A stretch of DNA of 64,000 bases from Candidatus Latescibacterota bacterium (lineage in GTDB: Bacteria > Latescibacterota > UBA2968 > UBA8231), in NCBI GenBank assembly GCA_965197905.1, contig CBDAOB010000004.1:1440001-1504000 (forward strand), given 5' to 3'. Below, piece by piece: positions 37,132 to 47,250 of this stretch. Made by a program: the position numbers and the translations under genes. The notes under the pieces are model-generated. The model was given only the letters and a program-made list of their open reading frames with translations, did not search any database and was not told the DNA's origin. The first letter of the stretch is position 1, and each line of letters begins with the position of its first letter.

Positions 37132-39825
37132 CTAGGATGCTGCCATGCGCCTCAGAACGGTATGCAGGATTCCGCCGTTGCGGTAGTAGTTGATCTCCAC
37201 CGGAGTATCGATGCGACAAAGGGTTGAGAAACTCGAGCTTTGGTCACCGAGCTTCGCCCTCACCTCAAGCAGCTGTCCCGGCTTCAGATCGTCGTCTAGT
37301 CCGTCGAAGTCGAAGAGCTCTTCACCGGTAAGGCGGAGGCTCTCGCGACTCTCGCCCTCGACGAACTGGAGCGGCAGGATGCCCATCCCGATTAGATTGG
37401 AGCGGTGAATACGTTCGTAGCTCTCGGCGATAACAACCTTGACCCCCTGCAAGAACGGTCCTTTGGCCGCCCAGTCGCGACTGGAGCCAGTACCGTACTC
37501 CTTGCCGGCCAGGATGACCAACGGCGTCCCATCCGCGACATGTTTGGCCGCGGCGTCGTAGATGGCCAGCGGCTCCGCCTCGTCCAGGTATCGGGTATAC
37601 CCGCCCTCGACGCCCGGTACCATCTCGTTGCGGATACGGATGTTGGCGAAGGTGCCACGCATCATCACCTCGTGGTTGCCGCGGCGGGATCCGTAGCTGT
37701 TCCAGTCGCTGCGATCCACACCGCGTTCTTCGAGATAGCCGGCAGCCGGGCTTCCTTGGGCGATCGCCCCCGCCGGCGATATGTGGTCAGTCGTCACGCT
37801 ATCGGCCAGCCGGGCAAGCACCCGGCCGCCTGAAATCGGCTGAATCGGATCTACCTCGGAGGTGAGGCCGGCGAAGAAGGTGGGCCGGCGGATGTAGGTG
37901 CTGGACTCATCCCAGGCGTAACGTTCGCCGGTGGCGACGCTGATCGCGTTCCAGGTCTGGTTGCCGCTGAAAACGTCGGCGTACTCCTCTTCGAACATCT
38001 TGGGCTGTACGGCGCGGGCGACTTCAGCGCGAATCTCTTGCTGCGGCGGCCAGATGTCAGCCAACAGAACCTCGCGGCCTTCGCGGTCGATGCCAAGCGG
38101 CTCGCGAGTCAAGTCGATATCGGTGCGGCCTGCCAGGGCGTAGGCGACCACGAGAGGGGGAGAGGCTAAAAAATTTGCCCGGGCCAGTGGATGCACGCGG
38201 CCTTCGAAGTTGCGGTTGCCGCTCAGAACGCTGCAGGCCACCAGATCGTTCTCCTCGATTGCGTTTTCGATTTCGCTGCGCAGGGGACCGGAATTCCCGA
38301 TGCAGGTGGTACAGCCGTACCCTACGGTGTGGAAACCCAAGGTCGCCAGATCATCCACCAGATCCGACTCTTCCAGATAACGCGTCACTACACGTGAGCC
38401 GGGTGCCAGACTGGTTTTCACATAGGGTGGAACCGAGAGTCCACGTTTCACCGCATTTCGCGCCAGCAGGCCGGCGCCGATCATCACGCTGGGATTGCTC
38501 GTATTGGTGCACGAGGTGATTGCGGCTATTACCACGGCCCCGTCGAACAGCTCGGTTGCCGTTCCGTCCACCTCGAGGGCGACGCGTTTTGATCCAGATT
38601 GGCGCTCGTACTTCTCCCCCAGCAGGGTCTCGAAAGAAGATTTCATGGCGGGCAGCGGGACCCGATCCTGCGGGCGGGTTGGACCGGCGAGGCTAGGTTC
38701 CACCGAACCCATGTCCAGGCTCAGCTGCTCACTGAAACGCGGTTCCGCCTCGGTGCTGGTGTAATAGGTGCCCTGAGCCTCGTTGTAAGCCCTGACGCGG
38801 TCGATGACCGCCTTTTTGCGGCTGGTCTGCTCGAGGTACGCGAGGGTTTCCTCATCCACCGGGAAGAGGCCCACGGTGGCGCCATATTCCGGGGCCATAT
38901 TGGCGATGGTGGCGCGATCAGCGAGGCTGAGGCGTTGCAGCCCCGGTCCGTAGAACTCCACGAACTTGCCGACGACACCGTGTTTTCGCAGCATCTGGGT
39001 CACGGTCAACACCAGGTCCGTGGCCGTGGTCCCGGGTGGCAGCTCGCCTTCCAGTTTGAAGCCGACCACGTGCGGCATAAGCATATAGATCGGCTGCCCC
39101 AACATCACGGCTTCCGCTTCGATCCCACCCACACCCCAGCCGACGACGCCAAGACCGTTGATCATGGTGGTATGGCTGTCGGTACCGACGAGGCTGTCTG
39201 GAAAGTAGACCTGCTGCCCGTCTGCCCCCACCTGCGACTGTACCACCGATGCGAGGTACTCCAGGTTGACCTGATGTACGATACCGGTGGCCGGCGGCAC
39301 GACACTGAAATTGTCGAATGCCTCCTGTCCCCAGCGAAGGAACTCGTAGCGTTCCTTGTTGCGCGTAAACTCCCGCTCCGCATTCAACTGCAGGGCGCGG
39401 GACTGTCCATAGTGATCTACCTGGACGGAATGATCGATCACCAGGTCGACCGGGATAAGGGGATTGACGCGTTTCGGATCGCCACCGAGGTCGGCCATGG
39501 CATCGCGCATCGTCGCCAGATCGACTACCGCCGGAACCCCGGTAAAGTCTTGCATGACCACGCGGCCGGGTTTGAACGGTATCTCTTCTTTTCCGGCCGT
39601 TTCCGGACTCCATTGGGCGATGCGGGTCACATCCTCCTCGGTAATCTCGAAGCCGTCGCATTGCCTGAGTGCAGCTTCCAGCAGAACCTTTATGGAGTAC
39701 GGCAAGCGGCCGATGTCGGCGATGCCGTCTTCCTCCAATTTCTGGATGCGATATATGGACCCCGTGCCATCACTGGTCTCAAGCGTCGCCCGGGCGCCGA
39801 AGCTGTCGTTGTTGTCGGTTGCCAT
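37132..39825 (-). CDS. acnA: Aconitate hydratase A
   Basis: [73 protein letters not shown]. Confidence 0.97.
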   Translation of the reverse strand: MATDNNDSFGARATLETSDGTGSIYRIQKLEEDGIADIGRLPYSIKVLLEAALRQCDGFEITEEDVTRIAQWSPETAGKEEIPFKPGRVVMQDFTGVPAVVDLATMRDAMADLGGDPKRVNPLIPVDLVIDHSVQVDHYGQSRALQLNAEREFTRNKERYEFLRWGQEAFDNFSVVPPATGIVHQVNLEYLASVVQSQVGADGQQVYFPDSLVGTDSHTTMINGLGVVGWGVGGIEAEAVMLGQPIYMLMPHVVGFKLEGELPPGTTATDLVLTVTQMLRKHGVVGKFVEFYGPGLQRLSLADRATIANMAPEYGATVGLFPVDEETLAYLEQTSRKKAVIDRVRAYNEAQGTYYTSTEAEPRFSEQLSLDMGSVEPSLAGPTRPQDRVPLPAMKSSFETLLGEKYERQSGSKRVALEVDGTATELFDGAVVIAAITSCTNTSNPSVMIGAGLLARNAVKRGLSVPPYVKTSLAPGSRVVTRYLEESDLVDDLATLGFHTVGYGCTTCIGNSGPLRSEIENAIEENDLVACSVLSGNRNFEGRVHPLARANFLASPPLVVAYALAGRTDIDLTREPLGIDREGREVLLADIWPPQQEIRAEVARAVQPKMFEEEYADVFSGNQTWNAISVATGERYAWDESSTYIRRPTFFAGLTSEVDPIQPISGGRVLARLADSVTTDHISPAGAIAQGSPAAGYLEERGVDRSDWNSYGSRRGNHEVMMRGTFANIRIRNEMVPGVEGGYTRYLDEAEPLAIYDAAAKHVADGTPLVILAGKEYGTGSSRDWAAKGPFLQGVKVVIAESYERIHRSNLIGMGILPLQFVEGESRESLRLTGEELFDFDGLDDDLKPGQLLEVRAKLGDQSSSFSTLCRIDTPVEINYYRNGGILHTVLRRMAAS

Positions 39826-40003
39826 GCTGCATCTCCGTCTTCGCGCGGGCGCCTGTGGTCGTGCGGATGCCCGGGTCGGGGTGTGGCTAATTGTTTATGC
39901 GGGAACAACCTACCTCAGGTTTGAGGAGCTATTGAAGGTACTTCTGACCCGCGGGAAGTCAAGTAATTCGGGCCTGTTGCGCCTCCTGGTGCCGGCGCTA
40001 CTA

Positions 40004-40894
40004 TCAGGTCAATTTTGCAACCTGGGCGCCTTCGGTAGGTACTTGCAGAAGATCTTCACCGTAGATGATATCGCCGTTGAAAACGGTGCTGGCCTCGGCA
40101 ACGATGCGTTCGCGCACACCTGGACCTTCCATTTGTTCGGTCAGATGAACCAGCACCAGGGTGTCCACCCCCGCTTCCTTGGCCGATCTCGCCGCATCCA
40201 GATGGCCCGAGCAAAACCCGGTCATACGCGGATCACTGACTACTCCGTTCAGAAAATGGCACATGTGAATAAGGATGTTGGCCCCGCGGGAAAGCTCCAC
40301 AAGAGCCTCGGTGGGTGCCGTATCACCTCCGAAAACGATGGAAGTTCCCCGGGTCTCAACGCGATAAGCCAGGCAGGTCAGTTGAGGTTGCACGTGAACC
40401 ACTTCGGCCACCTGCAGAGACCATTCTCCCCGGTCCAGCGCGCTACCGTGTGCGACCTCCTCCACGTCGGGGACAGGCAACTCTCGAGGCAGGATTCCGC
40501 CCCGCGCCTCGTAGATGAATTGGCTTCCCGGATGCTGGGTGCGAGCCTCAAGATCGCGGGCGAAGGCTCCTTCCGAACCCAACAGTCGGTCTGTCATGGT
40601 CTTCGTTCCCGGTGGGCCGATCACCGCCAGTTCCTTTATCTTGCCTGCCCCTTGATCCCAGCGGGTGAGCGCGAAGTAGGCAAAATCGACGCAATGGTCG
40701 TAGTGCAGATGGGTTAGCAGCAAGGTGTCGATCTGTGTAAGGTCCTCTTGTTTCTGCAACAGACGCCGCACGATGCCCGGACCGCAGTCGACCAGAATCC
40801 TCTCATGGTCTACGGTCAGCAGATAGCCCGATCCTGCCCGGTGGGTGAGCGGTGTCGGCGTCCCGGTGCCCATGAGGTGCAATTCCACAGTCAT
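40004..40894 (-). CDS. MBL-fold metallohydrolase (RNase Z/AtsA-like)
   Basis: GTGTP.P, LVDCG, THLHYDH, GDT, H motifs and LVHL. Confidence 0.85.
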   Translation of the reverse strand: MTVELHLMGTGTPTPLTHRAGSGYLLTVDHERILVDCGPGIVRRLLQKQEDLTQIDTLLLTHLHYDHCVDFAYFALTRWDQGAGKIKELAVIGPPGTKTMTDRLLGSEGAFARDLEARTQHPGSQFIYEARGGILPRELPVPDVEEVAHGSALDRGEWSLQVAEVVHVQPQLTCLAYRVETRGTSIVFGGDTAPTEALVELSRGANILIHMCHFLNGVVSDPRMTGFCSGHLDAARSAKEAGVDTLVLVHLTEQMEGPGVRERIVAEASTVFNGDIIYGEDLLQVPTEGAQVAKLT

Positions 40895-41008
40895 TCGAGT
40901 ACTCCGGATGTTTTTGCGACCGGCGGATTTTGCGTACAATCATCCCGTCGATTTCTGTGAGTTCCGAGGTCGAAAGGTATCATTGATCACCACCTGCCTC
41001 AACCGATC

Positions 41009-42820
41009 ATGAGAAACCTACGGGAGTACTTGGATCTCCTGCAGCGCGAAGGAGATCTTGCCACCATAGAGGCGCCGGTCGACTCGGACCTGGAGATTGC
41101 CGAGATCCACCGACGGGTCATCGCGTGCGGTGGACCGGCTTTGCTGTTTACCAACGTTACCGGCGCCGACTTTCCGTGTGTGACCAATCTGTTCGGGACG
41201 CGAAGGCGGGTCGACCTGGCGTTCGGTCCGCGACCCCAACAGTTCCTTGCTCAGTTGGTGGAGCTTGCCCATGAGGTCTCCTCGCTGTCTCCCCGAAAGC
41301 TTTGGGGCCATCGCTCGCTGGCCGGGCAGTTACGCAAGGTGGGCATGAAAAGCGTCAACCGCGGACCAGTCACCGAACGTCGCCAGCCGACGCCTAACCT
41401 TGAGCGTCTGCCGCTATTGAAGACCTGGCCGGAAGATGGGGGCGGGTTCATTACCCTGCCTTTGGTTTACACCGAACACCCGGAAAGCGGCAAACACAAT
41501 TTGGGCATCTATCGTATTCAGCGGTATGATCAGCACACCACCGGGGTACACTGGCAGATTCAAAAAGGGGGAGGTTTTCACTACCACGTGGCGGAACAGC
41601 GCAACGAAGCCCTGCCCGTGGTCATCTTTGTCGGCGGTCCCCCTGCACTCATTCTGGCAGCCATCGCCCCTCTGCCTGAAGATCTGCCCGAACTGATGCT
41701 GGCGTCGCTGTTGCAGGGAGGACGCCTGGAACGCGTGAGGAATCCGCATGGCGGTTTGCCGTTGATCGCCGAAGCAGACTTCGCCATCGAGGGCACCGTG
41801 GCTCCCCACGAACGAAAAATCGAAGGACCGTTCGGAGACCACTACGGCTACTACTCGTTGGAACACGAATATCCGGTTCTTCGTGTGGATCAGGTGTATC
41901 ATCGCAGGGATGCAGTCTATCCCGCCACGGTGGTCGGCAAACCTCCCCAGGAAGACCTGTTTTTGGGGAACTACATTCAGGAGTTGATGGCCCCACTCAG
42001 CCGTTTGGTGATGCCGTCCATAAAAGCGATCTGGAGTTACGGGGAAACCGGCTACCACAGCCTGTCTAGCATCGTTGTCGAAGAGCGTTACCCCCGCGAG
42101 GCGATGAAGTTCGCTTTTCGTATCCTTGGTGAGGACGGAGGTCAGTTGGCGTTGACCAAGGTGCTTGTGGTGATCGACGGGGCGGTGGATCTGGCTGATT
42201 TCAGGCAGGTCCTCGAGTACACCTTGGCCCGGACTCAGTTGGAAACCGACCTGTTTGTCATCGCCAATCTCGCCATGGACAGCCTCGACTACACCGGCCC
42301 CGAGATAAACCGGGGCAGCAAAGCGATTCTGATCGGCGTCGGCGATGCGAAGCGGACGTTGCCGGCAGAGTTCGAAGGCGCGCTACCGGCCGGCGCTACC
42401 GCTGTGTCGACCTACTGTCGCGGGTGTCTGGCGGTAAGCGGACCCGGGTATTCCGAAGATCCAGATTTCGCCGGGGTCCTCACGCGGGATTCGGCCGTGA
42501 GCGCATGGCCTCTGGTCTTTCTGGTGGACGACACCCGCGTCGTGGAAAGAAACGTGACCTTTCTCTGGAGCAGCTTCACCCGGTTCGAGCCGGCCGGCGA
42601 TCTGTATGCGGCAGAGATTCGCCTGGTTCGGCACCATCCAAGCTATACCCCTCCGGTCGTGCTCGACTGCCGCAAGAAACCGGGCTACCCGGATGAGCTC
42701 GCGGTGGACGAGGAGACCGCGCACAAGGTCAGCGGTCGGTGGTCCAAATACTTTCCGCACGGTGGCGTCGACGGCGTCGAAGACCGTTTGGGGTACACCG
42801 GATTCGCACTCATGGACTGA
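41009..42820 (+). CDS. UbiD-family (prFMN-dependent) decarboxylase, long form
   Basis: LEIAEIHRR, GPALLF, TNLFG, WP.DGG.FITLP, N.G.YR.Q, EGPFGDHYGYY, VGKPPQED. Confidence 0.9.
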   Translation: MRNLREYLDLLQREGDLATIEAPVDSDLEIAEIHRRVIACGGPALLFTNVTGADFPCVTNLFGTRRRVDLAFGPRPQQFLAQLVELAHEVSSLSPRKLWGHRSLAGQLRKVGMKSVNRGPVTERRQPTPNLERLPLLKTWPEDGGGFITLPLVYTEHPESGKHNLGIYRIQRYDQHTTGVHWQIQKGGGFHYHVAEQRNEALPVVIFVGGPPALILAAIAPLPEDLPELMLASLLQGGRLERVRNPHGGLPLIAEADFAIEGTVAPHERKIEGPFGDHYGYYSLEHEYPVLRVDQVYHRRDAVYPATVVGKPPQEDLFLGNYIQELMAPLSRLVMPSIKAIWSYGETGYHSLSSIVVEERYPREAMKFAFRILGEDGGQLALTKVLVVIDGAVDLADFRQVLEYTLARTQLETDLFVIANLAMDSLDYTGPEINRGSKAILIGVGDAKRTLPAEFEGALPAGATAVSTYCRGCLAVSGPGYSEDPDFAGVLTRDSAVSAWPLVFLVDDTRVVERNVTFLWSSFTRFEPAGDLYAAEIRLVRHHPSYTPPVVLDCRKKPGYPDELAVDEETAHKVSGRWSKYFPHGGVDGVEDRLGYTGFALMD

Positions 42821-42826
42821 TTCGAC

Positions 42827-44251
42827 ATGGACACTTCGCTGGCACACGCTACCGTCAAAGAACTAGCCACCCGCATCGAAAAGGGCAGCCTCTCTCCCGT
42901 CGAGCTGACCGAATATTACCTCGACCGGATCCAGCGGCTGGACCACCGGTTGAATTCGTTCATGCTCATCGCCCACGAGCGCGCCCGCGCTGCCGCCAAA
43001 GCGGCCGAGATCGCCATCGCCGGCGGCAACTACCTGGGCCCGCTGCACGGCATCCCGTTTGCCGTCAAAGATCTGGTGAACGTCGCCGGTTTGCCCACCA
43101 CCAACGGATCGATCCTGTTCAAGGAGCGCATTGCCCGCAACGACGCGACGGTCTTTCGCAAGCTGCTGCAGGCGGGTATCGTGCTCATAGGCAAGACGGG
43201 ACAGGTAGAATTCGCGTTTGGCGCAACTGGTATCAACCACCACTACGGCACGCCGTGGAATCCGTGGGATGCCCAGGTGCAGCGCATTCCCGGTGGATCC
43301 AGCAGCGGATCTGGGGTCAGCGTCGCCGCAGACCTGGTGCCTGCCGCCCTGGGGACGGACACCGGAGGTTCGGTGCGCTTGCCGGCAGCTTTCAATGGCC
43401 TTGTCGGGTTGAAACCGACCTTCGGTCGCGTGAGCACGGTTGGGATCGAACCCCTGAATCCGGACCTCGATTCCCCCGGACCGATCGTGCGCTCGGTGGA
43501 AGACGCCGCGCTTTTCCTGCAAGCGCTCGCCGGACCGGACCCGGCCGATGAGAATACGTGGAATCGGCCGTGCGAGCAGTTTGCGGAAAACCTCGACGTA
43601 GATCTCAGCGGCATGCGGGTTTGTTTTCCACGTGAGTATTTTTGGGAAGAGACCGATGACGAAGTAGAAGCGGCGGTGCGTGCCAGCGCCCGCGTTTTTG
43701 CCGATATGGATGTTCAGGTGGATGAGATATCGATCCCGGAGATCAACGAGATGGCAGCGTTGTTTAGCCGCGCCAACATCTCGGCCGTCGAGCTATTCAT
43801 GCGTCTGCGCGATCAGCTGGCAGAAAATCCGGAGATTTTCGATCCGGCGGTAGGTCCGCGTATTATGGCCGGCGGGGATGTTTCGGCGGTTGACTACCTG
43901 GAGATCAAATCGGAGTGTGAAAGGCTTAGAAAACAGGTTGTTCGCACCCTCGCCAACGTGGATGCTCTAGTAACCCCCACCACCCCATTTGCAGCGCTAC
44001 CGGTATCGGAGGTAGACAGCGAATCCTTTCCCACGCTGAACCTTTTGAGCTTGCGAAACACCGTCCCGGCGAATCTTCTCGGGTTGTGCGCCATTACCGT
44101 GCCCTGCGGGTTTACCGATGACGGTTTGCCATTGGGTTTACAGCTCATCGGCCGCCCTTTTGAAGAGCGCCGGATCTTGTTGTTGGCCCACGCCTTCGAA
44201 CAATCTTCTGAATGGTCTCGCCGGCACGCAGATGTAACCCTTTTCGAGTAG
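42827..44251 (+). CDS. Amidase signature family protein
   Basis: GPLHGIP.AVKD, PGGSSSGS, LGTDTGGSVRLPA, GLKPTFGRVS. Confidence 0.92.
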   Translation: MDTSLAHATVKELATRIEKGSLSPVELTEYYLDRIQRLDHRLNSFMLIAHERARAAAKAAEIAIAGGNYLGPLHGIPFAVKDLVNVAGLPTTNGSILFKERIARNDATVFRKLLQAGIVLIGKTGQVEFAFGATGINHHYGTPWNPWDAQVQRIPGGSSSGSGVSVAADLVPAALGTDTGGSVRLPAAFNGLVGLKPTFGRVSTVGIEPLNPDLDSPGPIVRSVEDAALFLQALAGPDPADENTWNRPCEQFAENLDVDLSGMRVCFPREYFWEETDDEVEAAVRASARVFADMDVQVDEISIPEINEMAALFSRANISAVELFMRLRDQLAENPEIFDPAVGPRIMAGGDVSAVDYLEIKSECERLRKQVVRTLANVDALVTPTTPFAALPVSEVDSESFPTLNLLSLRNTVPANLLGLCAITVPCGFTDDGLPLGLQLIGRPFEERRILLLAHAFEQSSEWSRRHADVTLFE

Positions 44252-44270
44252 GTCATACCGTCGGGAAGGC

Positions 44271-44299
44271 TTGCTCGGATATACCGGCGCCGCTATATT
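44271..44299 (+). promoter_or_regulatory. Sigma70-type promoter of the tRNA
   Basis: TTGCTC-17-TATATT about 40 nt upstream of the tRNA. Confidence 0.6.
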
Positions 44300-44338
44300 T
44301 CACGGCGCCCAAATCAACCTTCTGATCCATCCTCTTGT

Positions 44339-44413
44339 GCTCCCATCGTCCAGCGGTTAGGACCCAGGATTTTCAATCCTGTAACCGGAGTTCGAGTCTC
44401 CGTGGGAGCACCA
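44339..44413 (+). tRNA. tRNA-Glu (anticodon TTC)
   Basis: Acceptor stem GCTCCCA/TGGGAGC, anticodon stem CAGGA/TCCTG around loop TTTTCAA, T-arm with GTTCGAG, encoded CCA. Confidence 0.95.
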
Positions 44414-44428
44414 CAACAAAAATATCAG

Positions 44429-44457
44429 AAAAGGCCCTTTACTTGGGGGCCTTTTTT
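44429..44457 (+). terminator. Intrinsic terminator after tRNA-Glu
   Basis: AAAAGGCCC...GGGCCTTTTTT hairpin with T-tract. Confidence 0.8.
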
Positions 44458-44502
44458 GTATCATTCAGATCCCCCACCTAGGATAAAGCCGCGACCTCGG
44501 TC

Positions 44503-46560
44503 ATGTTCAGATTCGGTATAGGACCCAAGGCAAGATCGGATTGGGTCCTCGTTGCCACAGCGCTTGTTGCCTATGCCATAGTGGTAATCCGGAGCGCCTG
44601 GTTAACTGAGGATGCATTCATCACGTTCCGCACTGTAGACAATTTTATCAACGGCTACGGACTGACGTGGAACGTTTCCGAACGCGTCCAAAGCTACACG
44701 AACCCGTTGTGGATGTTCTTGGTTTCTCTTTGCTATCTGTTCACCTCAGAGATCTATTGGACCGCCATTTGTCTCGGTATCGCGACCTCGCTGCTTGCCG
44801 TATCCGTGGTTGTTTTGCGCGTGGCGGAATCGATCGGGTCCGCGGTTCTAGCCGTTGTCGTCCTGACCTGTTCCAAGGCGTTTGTCGACTACTCGACGTC
44901 CGGCATGGAAAACCCGCTCACCCATTTGATCCTGGCTCTCTTCCTTTCCGTCTATCTGCGGCAACGATTCAACAACGGGACCCTTTTCTGGTTATCGCTG
45001 CTCGCCGCTCTCGGCATGGTCAACAGGATGGACACGGCGCTCTTTTTCCTTCCGCCCCTGGCGTTCGTCGCCGCAAGGATACGAAGCGCGAAGGCGACCG
45101 GTATAGCTGTAGTGGGGTTTGCGCCTTTTTTCCTATGGGAACTCTTCTCTGTCGTTTATTACGGTTTCCTCGTTCCCAATACGGCGTACGCCAAGCTGAA
45201 TACGGGGATACCTGTTTCGGACCTGACACTTCAGGGGTTTTATTACCTCTTGAATTCCATCAAGCTGGATCCCCTGACGTTATTGTGCGTTCTGGTCGGT
45301 GTCGCTTTGCCCCTGGCAAAGAAAGCATGGTGGCAAACCCCCGTGGGACTTGGCATTCTTCTGTACCTGTTTTACGTGGTCTCCATAGGTGGGGATTTCA
45401 TGAGCGGCCGCTTTTTGAGTGCGCCCCTCCTTGCCGCAGCGACGTTGGCACTTCCGCATCTTAAGAAGACCAAACAGTGGTCCGTTCCGTGCTGCGCACT
45501 GCCGCTGATCAGCCTCTGTTTGCCTTTTTCGCCGTTTCTGAGTGGAGCAGACTATGGCAAGGGACCCGAGGGCCAAGCTGGCGCCAGAAACATCCACGAC
45601 GAGAGAGGACTCTTCTATCCGAACGCTGGTTTGCTGCGGAAGTTGCATTTCGATGGAGAGACGGAGTTTCCCGATCATTGGTGGGCGGTGCGAGGGCGTC
45701 AGGTCAGGAAACAGCAGACGACATCGGGTGTGACGCGCGAAGGTTTTCTGGTGGAACCTGTGGATCGAGACGATCTGGACGCGGTGACGACCTGGATGAA
45801 TATCGGCTTGAGCGGTTTTTATGCCGGGCCCCGCGTTCATATCGTCGATGCTATCGCGCTGGCTGATCCGCTTCTCGCCCGGCTGCCGGCGATCTCAGTT
45901 TCAGGGTGGGGTGCCGGCCATTTTGGCCGCTTGATGCCGGAGGGGTACTTGGAAACACATATCCGCGGGGAAAACCTGATTGCCGACAAGCAGCTTGCCC
46001 GTTATTACGACCACTTGTGTACTGTTGTTCGTGGAGATCTCTTTGATCCTGTACGATGGAGTGAGATATGGAACATCCATGTGGGCAAGTATGACGCGCT
46101 GATCGACTTTCAGCGCTACCGCCATCCGACGGACCTGGAGAGGCACCTTTCCGAGGTTAGAATACGGCCTCGTGATCCTACCAAACATATCACCCTGGCC
46201 GAGGAATACTTTAGGCTTGACCACGTGGATGAGGCGCTTTCGTCCCTTCGTCGGGCGCTGGACATCAACCGGTTGAGCTTCGCCAACCATTACATCGTGG
46301 CGAACATCTATGCCGGCCATCAGCAACCCACGCTCGCTCACGAAGCCTACCGTAGCGCGATAGCTCTCAGTTCGAGGCACCTTCGCGACCTGGAGCGCGC
46401 GGGGAATTGGGAAGGCTTGCATGTTGCCTATGGCAGGTTGGCTCACGGCTACGTCGAGACCGGTAATCGGGCTGCAGCCATTTCCGCACTGGAAGAAGCA
46501 TTAAGAATCAAACCTGATGAAGAGCTGCGCCGCAAGCTGCGAGCCGTTAGTGGCGATTAA
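44503..46560 (+). CDS. GT-C membrane glycosyltransferase (AftB-like) with C-terminal TPRs
   Basis: W..EDAFITFR...N...GYG..WN..ERV..YT.PLW, SGMEN, PNT.YAK, GGDFM..RF, GHF.R, then TPR helices. Confidence 0.78.
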   Translation: MFRFGIGPKARSDWVLVATALVAYAIVVIRSAWLTEDAFITFRTVDNFINGYGLTWNVSERVQSYTNPLWMFLVSLCYLFTSEIYWTAICLGIATSLLAVSVVVLRVAESIGSAVLAVVVLTCSKAFVDYSTSGMENPLTHLILALFLSVYLRQRFNNGTLFWLSLLAALGMVNRMDTALFFLPPLAFVAARIRSAKATGIAVVGFAPFFLWELFSVVYYGFLVPNTAYAKLNTGIPVSDLTLQGFYYLLNSIKLDPLTLLCVLVGVALPLAKKAWWQTPVGLGILLYLFYVVSIGGDFMSGRFLSAPLLAAATLALPHLKKTKQWSVPCCALPLISLCLPFSPFLSGADYGKGPEGQAGARNIHDERGLFYPNAGLLRKLHFDGETEFPDHWWAVRGRQVRKQQTTSGVTREGFLVEPVDRDDLDAVTTWMNIGLSGFYAGPRVHIVDAIALADPLLARLPAISVSGWGAGHFGRLMPEGYLETHIRGENLIADKQLARYYDHLCTVVRGDLFDPVRWSEIWNIHVGKYDALIDFQRYRHPTDLERHLSEVRIRPRDPTKHITLAEEYFRLDHVDEALSSLRRALDINRLSFANHYIVANIYAGHQQPTLAHEAYRSAIALSSRHLRDLERAGNWEGLHVAYGRLAHGYVETGNRAAAISALEEALRIKPDEELRRKLRAVSGD

Positions 46561-46638
46561 AGGTGATCGTCCTTGCAGCGACACCGTGGTCATTTTTGCG
46601 GTCTTGTCCACGACTGTGTATCCTGAATTCAGGTGATT

Positions 46639-46821
46639 ATGTTGCTGACATTGCTGAGAAAACTGGTTTCCTGGATCCTGATCGATCTTCTCCTCTCGGT
46701 CGCGCGACGGTGGTTTGCCGGGGATCTCTCCTTGCAGAAGCTGGCGGACAAAGTACTGGCGTCGCTTCCGAGGTTTTCGGGAAAACCGGGTGACAAAGCC
46801 AAGAACAAGACCCTCTCTTGA
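46639..46821 (+). CDS. Small hypothetical protein (~60 aa)
   Basis: Amphipathic/hydrophobic N-terminus, AGGT upstream. Stop overlaps the TTG start of the next gene. Confidence 0.45.
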   Translation: MLLTLLRKLVSWILIDLLLSVARRWFAGDLSLQKLADKVLASLPRFSGKPGDKAKNKTLS

Positions 46822-47207
46822 ACGTTCAGATCGGAAAAATCACCAAGTCCGTCCTGGTAATCGAGGACCAGACCATAGCCCGAAAGACCATGTGCCAGCA
46901 GCTGGAGTACTACGGTTACAAGGTCCTGGAGGCGAGCACCGGCAAGGAGGGGTTACAGCTGTTCAACCAGCACAAGACCGATGTCGGCATGGTGCTGCTC
47001 GACCTTTCCCTGCCCGATGTATCGAGCGACCAGATGTTGGCGGCACTGCGAACCTTGGAACCGAACGTGAACGTAGCCGTCTGCACCGATGAGTCGCTCA
47101 CCGAGTCGAAATCCAAGGAGGAATTCAAGGACCTGGTGGGCATCCTCAAGAGACCTGTGCGCACCGATCGATTGCTTGCTGTGCTGCACAAGGGCCTGGA
47201 GGGCTGA
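46818..47207 (+). CDS. Single-domain response regulator (receiver only)
   Basis: VLVIED, VLLDLSLPD phospho-Asp, conserved T and K(R)P. Confidence 0.85.
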   Translation: MNVQIGKITKSVLVIEDQTIARKTMCQQLEYYGYKVLEASTGKEGLQLFNQHKTDVGMVLLDLSLPDVSSDQMLAALRTLEPNVNVAVCTDESLTESKSKEEFKDLVGILKRPVRTDRLLAVLHKGLEG

Positions 47208-47250
47208 CCTTCTGACTATATCAGGATAACCCCGACCCCTCGCTATCCGT

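Noticed and set aside
38599..40717. Long plus-strand ORFs of 441 aa and 417 aa
   Set aside because: Antisense shadows of acnA and the MBL hydrolase, typical of GC-rich DNA, with no recognisable motifs.
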